DNA of 64,000 nucleotides from an uncultured Pirellulales bacterium (GTDB lineage Bacteria; Planctomycetota; Phycisphaerae; Sedimentisphaerales; Anaerobacaceae), in contig CAZFOQ010000002.1 of assembly GCA_964520535.1 (NCBI GenBank), positions 32,990 to 96,989 of the forward strand. The letters are read 5' to 3'. Shown here piece after piece: positions 10,504 through 20,764 of this stretch. Both the position numbers and the translations under genes were made by a program. Positions within the stretch are counted from its first letter, which is position 1. Each line of letters opens with the position of its first letter. The notes beneath the pieces are model-generated. The model made no database searches, was not told the origin of the DNA, and saw only the letters and a list, made by a program, of their open reading frames with translations.

Positions 10504-12062
10504 ATCAATTCATGTCCTTCGAGTGTATATGCTGCTGTTGTGAGTAATTCAATCGCCGAATTAAACTCCTTGTTTTCACGCTTGAGTTTCGCTTCCAATA
10601 AAAGAGTATCCACCGTTGGCCGCTGCTGATTAATCTCGTGGCATATTCTATCCGCTGTGCTGTGGTCTCCGGCTTCGAAAAAGGCCTTTGCCGCTAATTT
10701 TTTCATCCACAATATGTTTTGATGTTGGTCGGCAATATATTCATACATTTCTGCCGCCTGCAACCAGTCTCCCTCACTCTCAATCGATAGGGCCTGATGA
10801 TATAAATTATCGAACTGGAAAGGCAGCTCTTCATTACTCGGATGTCTAAGAGTAATGCCAGAGGCCTTTAAGGATTCCAAAACAGATAAATCGGGAAAGC
10901 TTTTCCGGGCAAATTGTAAATCTTCTCTTCTAACTACTGCTGCCCGGAGCTTATCTTTTGCTTGTTCCAATAAAAATCCCTGCCGGTCATTGGTACAATT
11001 TATCAGAGCGTAGAGCGGACTCTCTATCCACATATCCTTTATGGGTAAGCCACTTGGTACTATTGCTATATATTCGCCCTCGCATCTTTCGAGAGCTCTG
11101 TCCAATTGCAGTTTAATAGAAGAAATGTTAGTGACAGGCACAAAAACCAAATTAGGCATGTCGGTATTTAGCCTGTTGAAATCAGATTCTGATATTGGAA
11201 GATAAAGCTTATAGGGATAGAAGGTATGCTGCCAGATGGAACCGATTGTTTTTCCTGCACGTTTGTCTAATCTGTCCGTAACAAAAATGATAGACAAATC
11301 CCCAATCTTTGGCCAGGGTTTGGCCGGTCTTGAGGTCCTTATCGTCAAAACGTTTTTCAGGTATTCGTTCTTATCCTTGCGTCGCTGAACAGATATTCTG
11401 TCACATTCACCCATCGGATGGGAATATTCCCCGGTTACTTTATGAACATGGTAAAAATCGGAAAAGAAGACCGATCGACGTGTCAAATCCCAATCAATTA
11501 AAACATTGAGCCGCTCATTATAAGGACCTGTTTTTTCAATCAGGTCCCGGCGATGCATCAGACTGACGTGAAGAACATGGTTGAAATTCAGCATCAAAAA
11601 GCGATCAAAGCCACGACTAACCTCCACAACTTTACTGAGAACCTGTCGGCTGCCATCCGGAAAGACTTTGCAATATACCTTGTACAAATCACTATATGCG
11701 ACCTGACAGTGAGTCTCATTTTCCAAAGCGTCAACTAAAGTTTCGATGTGAAACGGATAGTAGAGATCATCATCGTCAAGGTAAGCAATATATTTACCTT
11801 CGGCTCGATTCAATGCTTCGTTCAGCGAATAAGCTTTGCCGCGATTTTCTTTTCTGTCGATATATTTAAGCCTGGCATCGTTAAACGAATCGATTATGCC
11901 ACTTACATCTTCTCCGCCATCATTGATTACGATAATCTGAAGGTTTCCGTAACTCTGGGATAGAACGCTGGCAAGGGCTTCATATAGATATTGGGGCCGG
12001 TTAAAAGTTGGAATAAGAACACTAACGACCGGCCCACTTTTTTTCTCGTAATTTTCTAACAT
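10494..12062 (-). CDS. glycosyltransferase family 2 (N-terminus) fused to C-terminal TPR repeats
   Basis: 522 aa. VVSVLIPTFNRPQYL...IIVINDGGED is a GT2 motif. The C-terminus has TPR-like repeats (AAKAFFEAGDHSTADRICHEINQ...). Confidence 0.75.
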   Translation of the reverse strand: MLENYEKKSGPVVSVLIPTFNRPQYLYEALASVLSQSYGNLQIIVINDGGEDVSGIIDSFNDARLKYIDRKENRGKAYSLNEALNRAEGKYIAYLDDDDLYYPFHIETLVDALENETHCQVAYSDLYKVYCKVFPDGSRQVLSKVVEVSRGFDRFLMLNFNHVLHVSLMHRRDLIEKTGPYNERLNVLIDWDLTRRSVFFSDFYHVHKVTGEYSHPMGECDRISVQRRKDKNEYLKNVLTIRTSRPAKPWPKIGDLSIIFVTDRLDKRAGKTIGSIWQHTFYPYKLYLPISESDFNRLNTDMPNLVFVPVTNISSIKLQLDRALERCEGEYIAIVPSGLPIKDMWIESPLYALINCTNDRQGFLLEQAKDKLRAAVVRREDLQFARKSFPDLSVLESLKASGITLRHPSNEELPFQFDNLYHQALSIESEGDWLQAAEMYEYIADQHQNILWMKKLAAKAFFEAGDHSTADRICHEINQQRPTVDTLLLEAKLKRENKEFNSAIELLTTAAYTLEGHELIWT

Positions 12063-12083
12063 TACAGGAGTATTTGATAATCC

Positions 12084-13604
12084 TTAATCTGCGGTTAATT
12101 CTACCTTTTCAGGTTCCCGGTTCTGTGAGTTGTTGCCTGGCATGGTCGACTTATGTTCCGAATCTATCTTATTTTCGAGTTGAATCAGAATATTATTGAC
12201 GTTGGTCAATTGTTTCATAAGTGGATAGTTTTCTTCGACAAACCTGCGATACTTTTGAGGTTCGTATGATGCCGAGAGAACATGCTCACAGAATTCTTCT
12301 GAGATGTTAAACAGAAAATCAGACGGGAAGATTTTATCCGCGCCAGGAAAGTTATGGATAACTGGTTTCAAGCCGCAGGCCATTGCTTCAAGCAGTCCCA
12401 TTCCCTGACTTTCTATGGTACTTGTCGAGACGATATAATGCTTGTCCTCAAGCCATGAGCAGACATCTTTCTGCCAGTTATCGAAGAACACCACATCCCG
12501 TAAATTAAGAGCATCAACCATATGTTTCATATATTGCTCAAGAGCCATGTCCTGAAATTGACCGGCGAAAAACAAACGATACTCGGGATCAAAATAGTGC
12601 AGTTTCTGCATACACTGCAAAACCATTGCAGGATTCTTGACTGCTCGGATATTACCCACAACGGCAATATTTTTGCCCTGTTGTCGTTCAGTAAATGTAA
12701 ATTTCTGCAGATCGACTCCATTTGGAATCGTGACAATTGAGGTTTGATGTTCGATATCCGGGACATGTCGAACAAGGACATCCCTGACAAAACTATTGCC
12801 CACTGTTATCAGTGTATCAATATTCTGCCAGTTGATTTGCTGTGTCCATGGACCATAGGCTTCATAGCGATGCAGTCTAACAATATTTTCACAGACCTTT
12901 GTCTGCCGGGAACCTATCACGGCCAGATCAGTACACCACTCAAACCAGGAGATATCGCTCCATTGCATGAGTTCATACAATTGTTCTTCTGTTTTTCCTT
13001 CAAAAAGACGTACCTCAAAGCGCTCTTGTACAAATTCATAGATATCTTTCAAAAAGGTCATCCCATCGCCACCACAAAAGAACGCCACCTTCGGTCTTTT
13101 CGAACGAATCACCTGAACCATTGGTGAGAGAATATTCTGTTCGGGGCATATTTCCAAGGAGCGAATAAGCATTTCAATGGCACCAGCTTTGTTCCCCTGA
13201 TTTAAAAATACATTGGCGGTTCTGTTTAATAAATCCACATTAAGTATATCCATCTTCTCCATATCATCAAAAAGCTGTACAGCTTCACATACCCTGCCAG
13301 TGGAAAGATATGCCTCCACTAAATTCCAAATTATTTCAGCGGAGTTGCTCTGCAGGCTTCGAGCTTTTATAAAATGTGTAATAGCCTCGTCAGAGCGGCC
13401 AAGGCAATGGAGAATTGCTCCCGTATCATTCAGCACCTGTGCATTTTCGCCGGTGCTGTGAAGATGCTCCTGCATACAGGCAAGTGCCTCCTGATAATCG
13501 CCGGCCTGGGCGAATTCCAAACCTCTCTCATAACCATTCATGTTTTCGAACGCACCATCTCGCTTTTGCCCACCCTGCGGATTCATATTTGTTTCGAGAG
13601 TCAT
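12084..13604 (-). CDS. N-terminal TPR repeats fused to a C-terminal GT-B (GT1/GT4 family) glycosyltransferase; O-GlcNAc-transferase-like architecture
   Basis: 506 aa. N-terminal TPRs (GDYQEALACMQEHL..., SDEAITHFIKARSLQSNSAEIIWNLVEAYLSTGR). C-terminal GT4 motif ESQGMGLLEAMACGLKPVIHNFPG. Confidence 0.75.
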   Translation of the reverse strand: MTLETNMNPQGGQKRDGAFENMNGYERGLEFAQAGDYQEALACMQEHLHSTGENAQVLNDTGAILHCLGRSDEAITHFIKARSLQSNSAEIIWNLVEAYLSTGRVCEAVQLFDDMEKMDILNVDLLNRTANVFLNQGNKAGAIEMLIRSLEICPEQNILSPMVQVIRSKRPKVAFFCGGDGMTFLKDIYEFVQERFEVRLFEGKTEEQLYELMQWSDISWFEWCTDLAVIGSRQTKVCENIVRLHRYEAYGPWTQQINWQNIDTLITVGNSFVRDVLVRHVPDIEHQTSIVTIPNGVDLQKFTFTERQQGKNIAVVGNIRAVKNPAMVLQCMQKLHYFDPEYRLFFAGQFQDMALEQYMKHMVDALNLRDVVFFDNWQKDVCSWLEDKHYIVSTSTIESQGMGLLEAMACGLKPVIHNFPGADKIFPSDFLFNISEEFCEHVLSASYEPQKYRRFVEENYPLMKQLTNVNNILIQLENKIDSEHKSTMPGNNSQNREPEKVELTAD

Positions 13605-13676
13605 CTGTATTACTCCTTTAATGGCTTGCTGGGCAGATTTTCATTATAGGAACAACCTTATTTTTCAATATGTATG

Positions 13677-13692
13677 TGCAAATTCCGTGCCG
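13677..13692 (-). promoter_or_regulatory. candidate sigma54 (RpoN) -24/-12 promoter upstream of the glycosylation-island operon
   Basis: The minus strand reads CGGCAC-GGAAT-TTGCA. This is the consensus TGGCAC-N5-TTGCW with one mismatch, about 60 nt upstream of the start of the 12084-13604 gene. A second GGCACGG lies immediately upstream. Confidence 0.4.
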
Positions 13693-13812
13693 TTTGTCCG
13701 TGCCAATGTATAATCGTGATTCAGTCATGTTTTCCGTCTGAAAGTGTATAAATATCAAACATTTATGTTGTATAATAACCATTTATTTATTGCCAGCCTT
13801 TGCTCTTAACAG

Positions 13813-14997
13813 CTACCCGATAAAATCCAGCAGCGACATAGACATCAGTTTTCCAGCTACCGATAACGACATTTGATATAAAACCTCACAACGAGAGAGC
13901 TCTATTGCTATCTGGGCTATATCAGCCTCCTGCAGGCGAGTCGTTTCATCCTCTGCATCGTATTTAAGGTTGTTTAGACTTTCCTTAAGGTTGTCAAGAA
14001 AACCGATTTTTGAACCAACAGAAACTTCAGCCTGAATGAGAAGCTCATATATCTCCTCAAGAGAGCTTAAAGAGACATCCTGCAACTCTTGCAACTGAGC
14101 TCCAGATAGACTTTGGTCATTTCTCAATATGTCCCGTATACTAATAAGTGTGTTGAATAAGTCATAAGTACCGGGTATACTAACCAGGTCTGTTCCAGCA
14201 CCGGTAATTTCCGTAGTGTCAATGTATAGAACTTCTCCAGTTGTAGAATTAGTTACTGCAAGGTTAGTGTCTGTACCATCGGTATTGAAAGTGCTCAGAC
14301 CACCATCGATAGAAAGAATGTAATTACCGGCAGAACCGGTTATTGTCAGCCAGGTATCACCACGAACACTGGATGTTCCCGTACCGGCTTTGGCACCCGT
14401 ATCGCCCAAAAAAATCGGAACACTACGGTCATCAGACCGAAAAATATCATCTCCTACCTGATAAGCTGATGACTCCAGGCCCGGGGCTACTTCTATATCA
14501 CGATTCTTATAGCTGCCCTGGTATGTTACATTCGTGATTTCTCCATTGGTACGTTCCACCAGATATGGCTCTGAAGTCGTATTGCCTCCTCCAAATAAGT
14601 ATTGTCCCATATGTTTAGTGTTTGCCAATGTGACTAATTGCTCTAATATTTCGTCGATTCCTTCGGCAGTCCTTTTTCTGTTATCTTCGTTATAGATGCC
14701 GCTGGTGACTTGAGTCAGGCGTACTTTAGTTTCTGAAACAGCAGAAATCATATCCCGGAAAATTGTGCTGGAAAACTCAAGCGTACTCACAAGCTCCGAT
14801 AGATTGTCTACATAATTTCCTAAAGAACTTTGATGCGAATTGAGTCCGAGAACCTTATATGCGGCGGAAGAATCATCGGAGACTCTATTGATCCTTGAAC
14901 CGGTTGATACCTGTTCCTGCAAACGAGCCATTGCATCAGTATGCAAATGCAAGGCAAGGCTGACATTATTATAAATATTGTTTAGTGTACCGCCCAT
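13813..14997 (-). CDS. flgL: flagellar hook-associated protein 3 FlgL
   Basis: 394 aa. Flagellin-like N-terminus (...LQEQVSTGSRINRVSDDSSAA...) and C-terminus (...ADIAQIAIELSRCEVLYQMSLSVAGKLMSMSLLDFIG). Sits immediately downstream of flgK. Confidence 0.8.
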   Translation of the reverse strand: MGGTLNNIYNNVSLALHLHTDAMARLQEQVSTGSRINRVSDDSSAAYKVLGLNSHQSSLGNYVDNLSELVSTLEFSSTIFRDMISAVSETKVRLTQVTSGIYNEDNRKRTAEGIDEILEQLVTLANTKHMGQYLFGGGNTTSEPYLVERTNGEITNVTYQGSYKNRDIEVAPGLESSAYQVGDDIFRSDDRSVPIFLGDTGAKAGTGTSSVRGDTWLTITGSAGNYILSIDGGLSTFNTDGTDTNLAVTNSTTGEVLYIDTTEITGAGTDLVSIPGTYDLFNTLISIRDILRNDQSLSGAQLQELQDVSLSSLEEIYELLIQAEVSVGSKIGFLDNLKESLNNLKYDAEDETTRLQEADIAQIAIELSRCEVLYQMSLSVAGKLMSMSLLDFIG

Positions 14998-15041
14998 TTC
15001 TTGTATTTTCCCTGCGCTTTATAGAAAACGTTTCATACATC

Positions 15042-17006
15042 TCATAACAGTTCCATAATAGTTGACAATGACGTTTGAACTGTGTTCAGATATTTTGCCA
15101 TAGCTTTGAACATTTGTTCGAAGACCAACATTTGAGCAGCTTCATCGTTGATGTCAACGCCGCTTATCTCGCTCTGTTGATTGGCAAGATTTTGGACTAT
15201 AGCTTCAATGTTATCCTGGTGTATCTGCCTGACGGAAAGATCCAGTCCGATGTCCGTAACAAGCCGACGATAAAATTCTCCTGGTGTCATAGAATCCAAA
15301 CCTGTTATGGCCTCGTCCCTCAAACCGACCAAACGCAAGGCATTGGTGTTGTCTGTCATATCTGCACCCAGGGCTGTTGCTATACGTCCCGGCGTATCAG
15401 ATATATCTGAACAAACTGCTATATCCGAAGCATTTTTGCCGGAAAAAAAAGTGTTGATTCCTACTGCCGCCAGCACTCCCGAGCTATCTGTATCGGCAAA
15501 AGCATCAACTTCAAAAGCATTACCATCTGCCAGATCACCAATACCGAGAGTTATTTTGATTCCGTTTCCGGCATCAAGAACATCACCCGCGGCATAACCG
15601 GAACCGACATTGAGCGTAGTCACTGTATTGGCGGCACCGTCAGTAACAGTAATTTGCAATGTACCATTTCCCACTGAGCCGGTCCCTGATACTGTAAAAG
15701 TGAAAGTCTGGTTTTCCGTGCCTGAATAAATACCAGATACCGATATAGCCGGCGGTGATGTCGCCCCGGTAAAGTCACTATTGGTTGGTAAAGGAAGAAC
15801 ACTGGGCAGGAAATCGAAATTATAGCCTGTATCAGCCTGGATACGAAGTTTCGAATCAGACACCGAAGCAGACAAACCTGTTATCGCTGTAATGGCGGTG
15901 GCTAAAGACGACAAGGAATCTGCCGAAGCATCGACCGGTACGGCGGTTCGTGTTACAGCCCCGGAACTGGTATTTATCACCCTTATATAGATATTACCGT
16001 CTGTCACGGGTGGATCAAAATCAGACAAATTCTCACTCACCAACGGCCAGCCGGACAGTTCCGAAAATGAACCCTCCGATCCTGCTCCCTGGACGTGGTA
16101 CTTATTTATCTGCTGGATTATAGCGCCTGCCAGAGTGTTCAGGTCGTTGTGAATATCCGAGATAATAGTGTTCTTTAACGACAATAATCCCCCGAGCCGT
16201 CCGCCCTGTATATCTGTGTAATAGTTACATTCGCCGGCCACGGTAATCCCCAGTCCGAGGTATTCTTCAAAACCAACTTCCAGTTCAACTGCAGAAGTAC
16301 CTGTTAAAACAGGTATGCCGGCAATACTCACATCGACAACACCATATTCTCGTGATTGGGTCTGGACACTAACCAGTTTTGAAAGCTCTGTTATACACTG
16401 GTCTCTTTGGTCCCGCAGATTATTGGCCTGGCCACCACCGATTTCCTGTCTTTCAATATTTGCATTGAGCTGAGCTATTGTGCCAACCAGAGCATTAATC
16501 CGTTGGATTGTGTCCTCAGCTTCTAATGTAATTTGATTTTCCAAGATTGCCAGAAATTCTTCTAACGATCTAAAACGACTGGCCATCGTCTCTGCGGCTG
16601 TCACCGCTTGATTTTGCCAAACAATCTGGGCCGGATGTGCGGAAAGGTCCTGCAATGCGTTAAAAAATCCGTCTATAGCTTCATTCAAACCACTCCCTGC
16701 CGAAAGCTCTCCAAATGCGGTTTCGACTGTCCGCAGCATTCCGACTTCCTGTGATATCTGACCCAATGAAGACTGCTGACGGAAAATCTCATTCTCCAAA
16801 AGCACGTCAATCATCCTGGTAACTCCGGCAACTTCTACACCCCCTCCCATAATCATTGCATCAACCTGCGATGAATAGGCAGGAAGCAGGTCGAGTCTCT
16901 GACGGTGGTAGCTATCAGTCGCTGCATTGGCAATATTATTGCCAATAATCTCAAAAGCACTCTGTGCTGCGTTAAGGCCACTAATTCCTATATCAAAACT
17001 ATCCAC
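15042..17006 (-). CDS. flgK: flagellar hook-associated protein 1 FlgK
   Basis: 654 aa. N-terminus MDSFDIGISGLNAAQSAFEIIGNNIANAATDSYHRQ. C-terminal rod/hook-family helix ...VFEQMFKAMAKYLNTVQTSLSTIMELL. Confidence 0.85.
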   Translation of the reverse strand: MDSFDIGISGLNAAQSAFEIIGNNIANAATDSYHRQRLDLLPAYSSQVDAMIMGGGVEVAGVTRMIDVLLENEIFRQQSSLGQISQEVGMLRTVETAFGELSAGSGLNEAIDGFFNALQDLSAHPAQIVWQNQAVTAAETMASRFRSLEEFLAILENQITLEAEDTIQRINALVGTIAQLNANIERQEIGGGQANNLRDQRDQCITELSKLVSVQTQSREYGVVDVSIAGIPVLTGTSAVELEVGFEEYLGLGITVAGECNYYTDIQGGRLGGLLSLKNTIISDIHNDLNTLAGAIIQQINKYHVQGAGSEGSFSELSGWPLVSENLSDFDPPVTDGNIYIRVINTSSGAVTRTAVPVDASADSLSSLATAITAITGLSASVSDSKLRIQADTGYNFDFLPSVLPLPTNSDFTGATSPPAISVSGIYSGTENQTFTFTVSGTGSVGNGTLQITVTDGAANTVTTLNVGSGYAAGDVLDAGNGIKITLGIGDLADGNAFEVDAFADTDSSGVLAAVGINTFFSGKNASDIAVCSDISDTPGRIATALGADMTDNTNALRLVGLRDEAITGLDSMTPGEFYRRLVTDIGLDLSVRQIHQDNIEAIVQNLANQQSEISGVDINDEAAQMLVFEQMFKAMAKYLNTVQTSLSTIMELL

Positions 17007-17039
17007 TTACGAACTCCGTTTTATGCCGGATGGTGTCTC

Positions 17040-17561
17040 TTAAAACTGCAAATTAACAAAAGCCATTTCACTCTGCTGTCTGGTTGTGCCATCGGCGCTG
17101 TAGTAAAGTGCCCCCGACTTACCAAGGTCGAAGATACTTTTTAGAAGCAAGCTGTTGAATCTAGCGCATTCGGATAAAAGTACTGCCGTGCTTGAATACT
17201 CTTTCTTAAGGTCTTCAATCAACACTCTTAACTTTGCTTTACTCTGGGTGATACGATCTTTTTTAGCTTCAGGGATAGACTTCTCAAGCTTCGATAAAGT
17301 CATGTTTTTTACGCTACAGCCAAAATATTTCGCTAACTCTGATCGTACTAACTGTCGGTTCGATTCATGTTTTCTAAAATTATCCGTCTCGGCCTGGATG
17401 TTTTCAAGCAATCTACCTAAAGCGGCATCGTCACGCTTGATAACCAAACTTCGCAGCTCATCCAGATTCGACAGGCTCTTTTGAATATGCTCTATGTCTT
17501 TTTCCAGACACACCAGCAGTTCATCAATTTTATCTTCTATTTCAATTGCAACCGTTTTCAT
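17040..17561 (-). CDS. flgN: flagellar export chaperone FlgN-like protein
   Basis: 173 aa helical protein directly upstream of flgK, the conserved flgN position. Contains the helical EDKIDELLVCLEKDIEHIQKSLSNLDEL region. Confidence 0.5.
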   Translation of the reverse strand: MKTVAIEIEDKIDELLVCLEKDIEHIQKSLSNLDELRSLVIKRDDAALGRLLENIQAETDNFRKHESNRQLVRSELAKYFGCSVKNMTLSKLEKSIPEAKKDRITQSKAKLRVLIEDLKKEYSSTAVLLSECARFNSLLLKSIFDLGKSGALYYSADGTTRQQSEMAFVNLQF

Positions 17562-17911
17562 AAATGCCTATCTATTGAATTTCCCGCCTGATTTACATGG
17601 TCGGTACTTGTTAAGGTTTGATATATATCCTTCCAGAGTCCGAAGCCGCCGTTATTCGCAATGTCACGGGCAAGGTATAACCAAAATATCCCCTGAACCT
17701 GCATGGAAGTGCCATCTTTTTCAAAGCCCCAGTTACCGATCGTATTTTTCATTTCGTCCAGCAATTTATTTATCAGGAGCGACTCGAAATCCTTTGCGAT
17801 TTGTTTTTTCTTTTCCTCCGATATTCCATCCAGATTCAATTTTTCGAGCTGCCCGATGGGCACCGGCGGTGAGACTTGTTCGTTCAATATCAACTTGGCG
17901 CTATCCATCAT
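17558..17911 (-). CDS. flgJ: rod-binding protein (stand-alone FlgJ N-terminal domain)
   Basis: 117 aa. AKDFESLLINKLLDEMKNT...GFGLWKDIY resembles the Rod_binding domain (FEAxFLxxMLKSMR ... GLGLAEM). Lies between flgI and flgN with 4-bp overlaps. Confidence 0.55.
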   Translation of the reverse strand: MMDSAKLILNEQVSPPVPIGQLEKLNLDGISEEKKKQIAKDFESLLINKLLDEMKNTIGNWGFEKDGTSMQVQGIFWLYLARDIANNGGFGLWKDIYQTLTSTDHVNQAGNSIDRHL

Positions 17912-17918
17912 ACTGTTC

Positions 17919-19067
17919 CTACATTATCACCAGCCTGGCCTGGAGGGCACCGGCCTGTTTTAGGGCATTAAATATAGCTATCATATCGCTCGGTGTTGCG
18001 CCAATCCCGTTGAGGCTCTTGGCTAATTCAGAAACCGTAACGGATCGGGACACAGGAATCAGGTACGCTTGCTGCTCTTCGATCCCGATTGTCGTCTCCG
18101 GAATTCTTTCGGTCGTACCGGAATTAGAGAAAGGAGCGATCGGCTGGGAGACACGCTCGGTCTCAGTGATTTTCACAACGAGGCTGCCCTGCGAAATCGC
18201 CACGGCAGATATGCCAACGTTCTCACCAACTACAATAGTACCGGTACGCTCGTTGATTACCACTACGGCAGGAACATCAACCTTGACTTCGAGCTTTGTA
18301 ATATCTGCGATAAAGCCAGCTATCTTTTCACCACTAATTTCGCCGGGAACTTTTACTTTGATGGTGCCGGCATCAGCTACTACAGTACTGTCCGGAAAAT
18401 CCTGGTTGATAACTTTACTAATTTGCTCCGCAGTTGAAAAATCGCTGTTTCTTAGATTCAGCGTGACAACTCGATCGCCAGCAATATTTTCAACAAATTT
18501 CGCAATCTCCTCCTTTTCAACAATAGCACCATTGGGGATTCGGCCCACCGTCTGGTGGTTCTTTGTAACCGATGCCTTATCGCCTGAAGCCGTCCAGCCG
18601 CCTATTGAAACACCACCTTCAGCCACTGCATAAACCTGGTCGTCAAGGCCTTTTAGAGGTGTTGGCAGGAGCTTACCGCCCTGGAGGCTTTTGGCTTCTC
18701 CCACAGCCGAAACATCAACATCAAATCGTGAACCCTCACGAGCGAAGGGTCCCAACTCTGCTGTTACCATCACCACAGCGATATTACCGCCGGACAAGTC
18801 AGAAGGATTGAGAACCAAACCCGAATCTCTCAATATATTCGTTAACATTTGCCGTGACAGCAGTGAAGTATCGCCGCTATTGGCCAGACCAACAACCAGA
18901 CCAATACCTCTGAGCGGATTGCCGCGAAGTCCCTGAATATCAACAATATCTTTTATGCGCTCGCACTTTCCAGTGTTAGCCATAAAGGTACACACGACAA
19001 GTGCACAAATCATCAGTACCATTAAGTGTTTTTGCTTTTTTGCTTGCTTTCTCTTTGCCGGTTTCAT
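17919..19067 (-). CDS. flgI: flagellar P-ring protein FlgI
   Basis: ERIKDIVDIQGLRGNPLRGIGLVVGLANSGDTS is the FlgI signature, preceded by a signal peptide. The track start at 19073 is a TTG; the ATG at 19067 (MKPAK...) is more likely. Confidence 0.85.
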   Translation of the reverse strand: MKPAKRKQAKKQKHLMVLMICALVVCTFMANTGKCERIKDIVDIQGLRGNPLRGIGLVVGLANSGDTSLLSRQMLTNILRDSGLVLNPSDLSGGNIAVVMVTAELGPFAREGSRFDVDVSAVGEAKSLQGGKLLPTPLKGLDDQVYAVAEGGVSIGGWTASGDKASVTKNHQTVGRIPNGAIVEKEEIAKFVENIAGDRVVTLNLRNSDFSTAEQISKVINQDFPDSTVVADAGTIKVKVPGEISGEKIAGFIADITKLEVKVDVPAVVVINERTGTIVVGENVGISAVAISQGSLVVKITETERVSQPIAPFSNSGTTERIPETTIGIEEQQAYLIPVSRSVTVSELAKSLNGIGATPSDMIAIFNALKQAGALQARLVIM

Positions 19068-19106
19068 AAGCAATTACTTTCAAAGAACTGCTGGCATATG
19101 TTGTCA

Positions 19107-19715
19107 TCAAAACGGCCAAATAATATCAAATATCGCTCCAAGCCAACCCGGCCTTGTGTAGGGATCGCTGACACCTCCATTTTTTGTTAAAAGGCGAAAG
19201 TCTGCAACCTGCCCACTTTGAACCGTATTATCGAATGCGACATCACTTGGCCTGACTATACCGCTTATTTCTATTGTTTGTACATCACCTGCGATGTTGC
19301 GCTGACGATTTCCCATGACAACCAGGTTACTATTTGGAAGGATATCCACCACAACTACAGTGATATTGTCAACAAACTTTCGCTCGTCTTTGTAATCGGC
19401 CTTGCTTGTTAATTCATTCCCCGAACTGGCAGCCATACCAAATTCACCGATGTCGGCAAAATTTCCTATTTCTCCATTAAATGCCGTTGACCTGTCGGTT
19501 TCTTTTTTAAGGTCTCTTTTTGCCTTGTTATCGACCGTGCTGTTCTCAGAAACTTTAATGGTCAGAATGTCACCGATTTGCCGGGCCACGTCGTCGGCAT
19601 ATAAAGCTTTCATATTCTTGCATCTCTTGGCCCAGATAGAATCCGCCCAAGAGCAATTCGTCAATAAAAGTACAAAAGACGTCAAGAAAATTACTGAGAT
19701 CATATTCCTGTTCAT
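19107..19715 (-). CDS. flgH: flagellar L-ring lipoprotein FlgH
   Basis: 202 aa. Lipoprotein signal (LLLTNCSWA) and FlgH motif SLYADDVARQIGDILTIKVSE. Confidence 0.8.
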   Translation of the reverse strand: MNRNMISVIFLTSFVLLLTNCSWADSIWAKRCKNMKALYADDVARQIGDILTIKVSENSTVDNKAKRDLKKETDRSTAFNGEIGNFADIGEFGMAASSGNELTSKADYKDERKFVDNITVVVVDILPNSNLVVMGNRQRNIAGDVQTIEISGIVRPSDVAFDNTVQSGQVADFRLLTKNGGVSDPYTRPGWLGAIFDIIWPF

Positions 19716-19726
19716 TGTTTCTCCTT

Positions 19727-20755
19727 CTATATGACAGGTTCCACGCTTCGATCTTCTTTGACTTGAGCTAAGATGATTCGTTGCGAGTCGACATTTCGGA
19801 CTTTTATATATTCACCGGCTTTACCATCCTGCATTGCCTTTCCGACAGCAGTAATCAAAAAGCCGGGCTTTTCAATCCGAATGACAACATTTTGATTTCG
19901 CTTAACAATAATGGGTGACTCGGCTGAACCAATCATGTAAGGCTGAAGCACAGTTTCAGCCGGTAGTTTACGCCTGGCAATCAGACCATACGGCGGCTCC
20001 CAGTTGACTGGCTCAGGATAGTTCGACGGTTTGTTTTCTATCTTGATATTTTCGCTGCTGATAAGCGTTCCTGCCGGGATATCAACCAATGCAACTGCCG
20101 TACGGTTGTTATATTGCAGAGTGAAAGTGACTTCGCGAGTTCCAACCTGCTCATCGCCTGAAAATACGGCAATTTTAACCATCGTCCGATTTCTTGCACT
20201 GCTTCGGACTAACTGAGGTGAAAATCTTGTATCTTTGCCCGGATCGGGAATAACTAAATCTTTGGGTTTGCGGACCGGGTTCCACTTAGAAACTGAATTG
20301 CCGGTAAGATTCTGTTTCAAAAAAGCTCCTGCCAGCTTTATAAAATCATCGCCACTGATAATTTTCTGCTGTCGTCTTACGGTGACTTTTTCAGCTCCTT
20401 TCAATGTCACTTGTGAAGCAGGAATTCCATCGCTGGCCAGTCTGCTAAGAACAATGTTCCGTTCGATAACAATTTCCTGGCCCGGCACTGAAAAACGGCC
20501 TAAAGTGATTTCATTTGCTTTGGCTTCGAGAGCTTTTGGGCCCCGGATTATGCCGATCCGACCCAGTTTTAAAGTGTTATCCTTGATCGTAACCTCTCTC
20601 GGCAGATAAACCTGCAGGCCGGAATCCTTTTTAATGCCATTGGTATGATCATCCGCCAGAGTCCGGCAAAAAAATGCACAAGAGATAAGTGCACAAGAAA
20701 GGAGCATCCTTGTGTACATACATTTCTGTGATATTATGCCGATTCTTTGACTCAT
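19727..20755 (-). CDS. flgA: flagellar P-ring assembly chaperone FlgA-like (C-terminal SAF/FlgA domain), unusually long
   Basis: 342 aa with a signal peptide. C-terminus GEYIKVRNVDSQRIILAQVKEDRSVEPVI is the FlgA/SAF-type signature. Conserved position between flgG and flgH. Confidence 0.55.
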   Translation of the reverse strand: MSQRIGIISQKCMYTRMLLSCALISCAFFCRTLADDHTNGIKKDSGLQVYLPREVTIKDNTLKLGRIGIIRGPKALEAKANEITLGRFSVPGQEIVIERNIVLSRLASDGIPASQVTLKGAEKVTVRRQQKIISGDDFIKLAGAFLKQNLTGNSVSKWNPVRKPKDLVIPDPGKDTRFSPQLVRSSARNRTMVKIAVFSGDEQVGTREVTFTLQYNNRTAVALVDIPAGTLISSENIKIENKPSNYPEPVNWEPPYGLIARRKLPAETVLQPYMIGSAESPIIVKRNQNVVIRIEKPGFLITAVGKAMQDGKAGEYIKVRNVDSQRIILAQVKEDRSVEPVI

Positions 20756-20764
20756 AATAATCCT

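Noticed and set aside
17494-18633. 379-aa + strand ORF
   Set aside because: It lies entirely antisense to flgI and flgJ, which have strong family signatures. The product is low-complexity and S/T/P/R-rich. This is a typical spurious antisense ORF.
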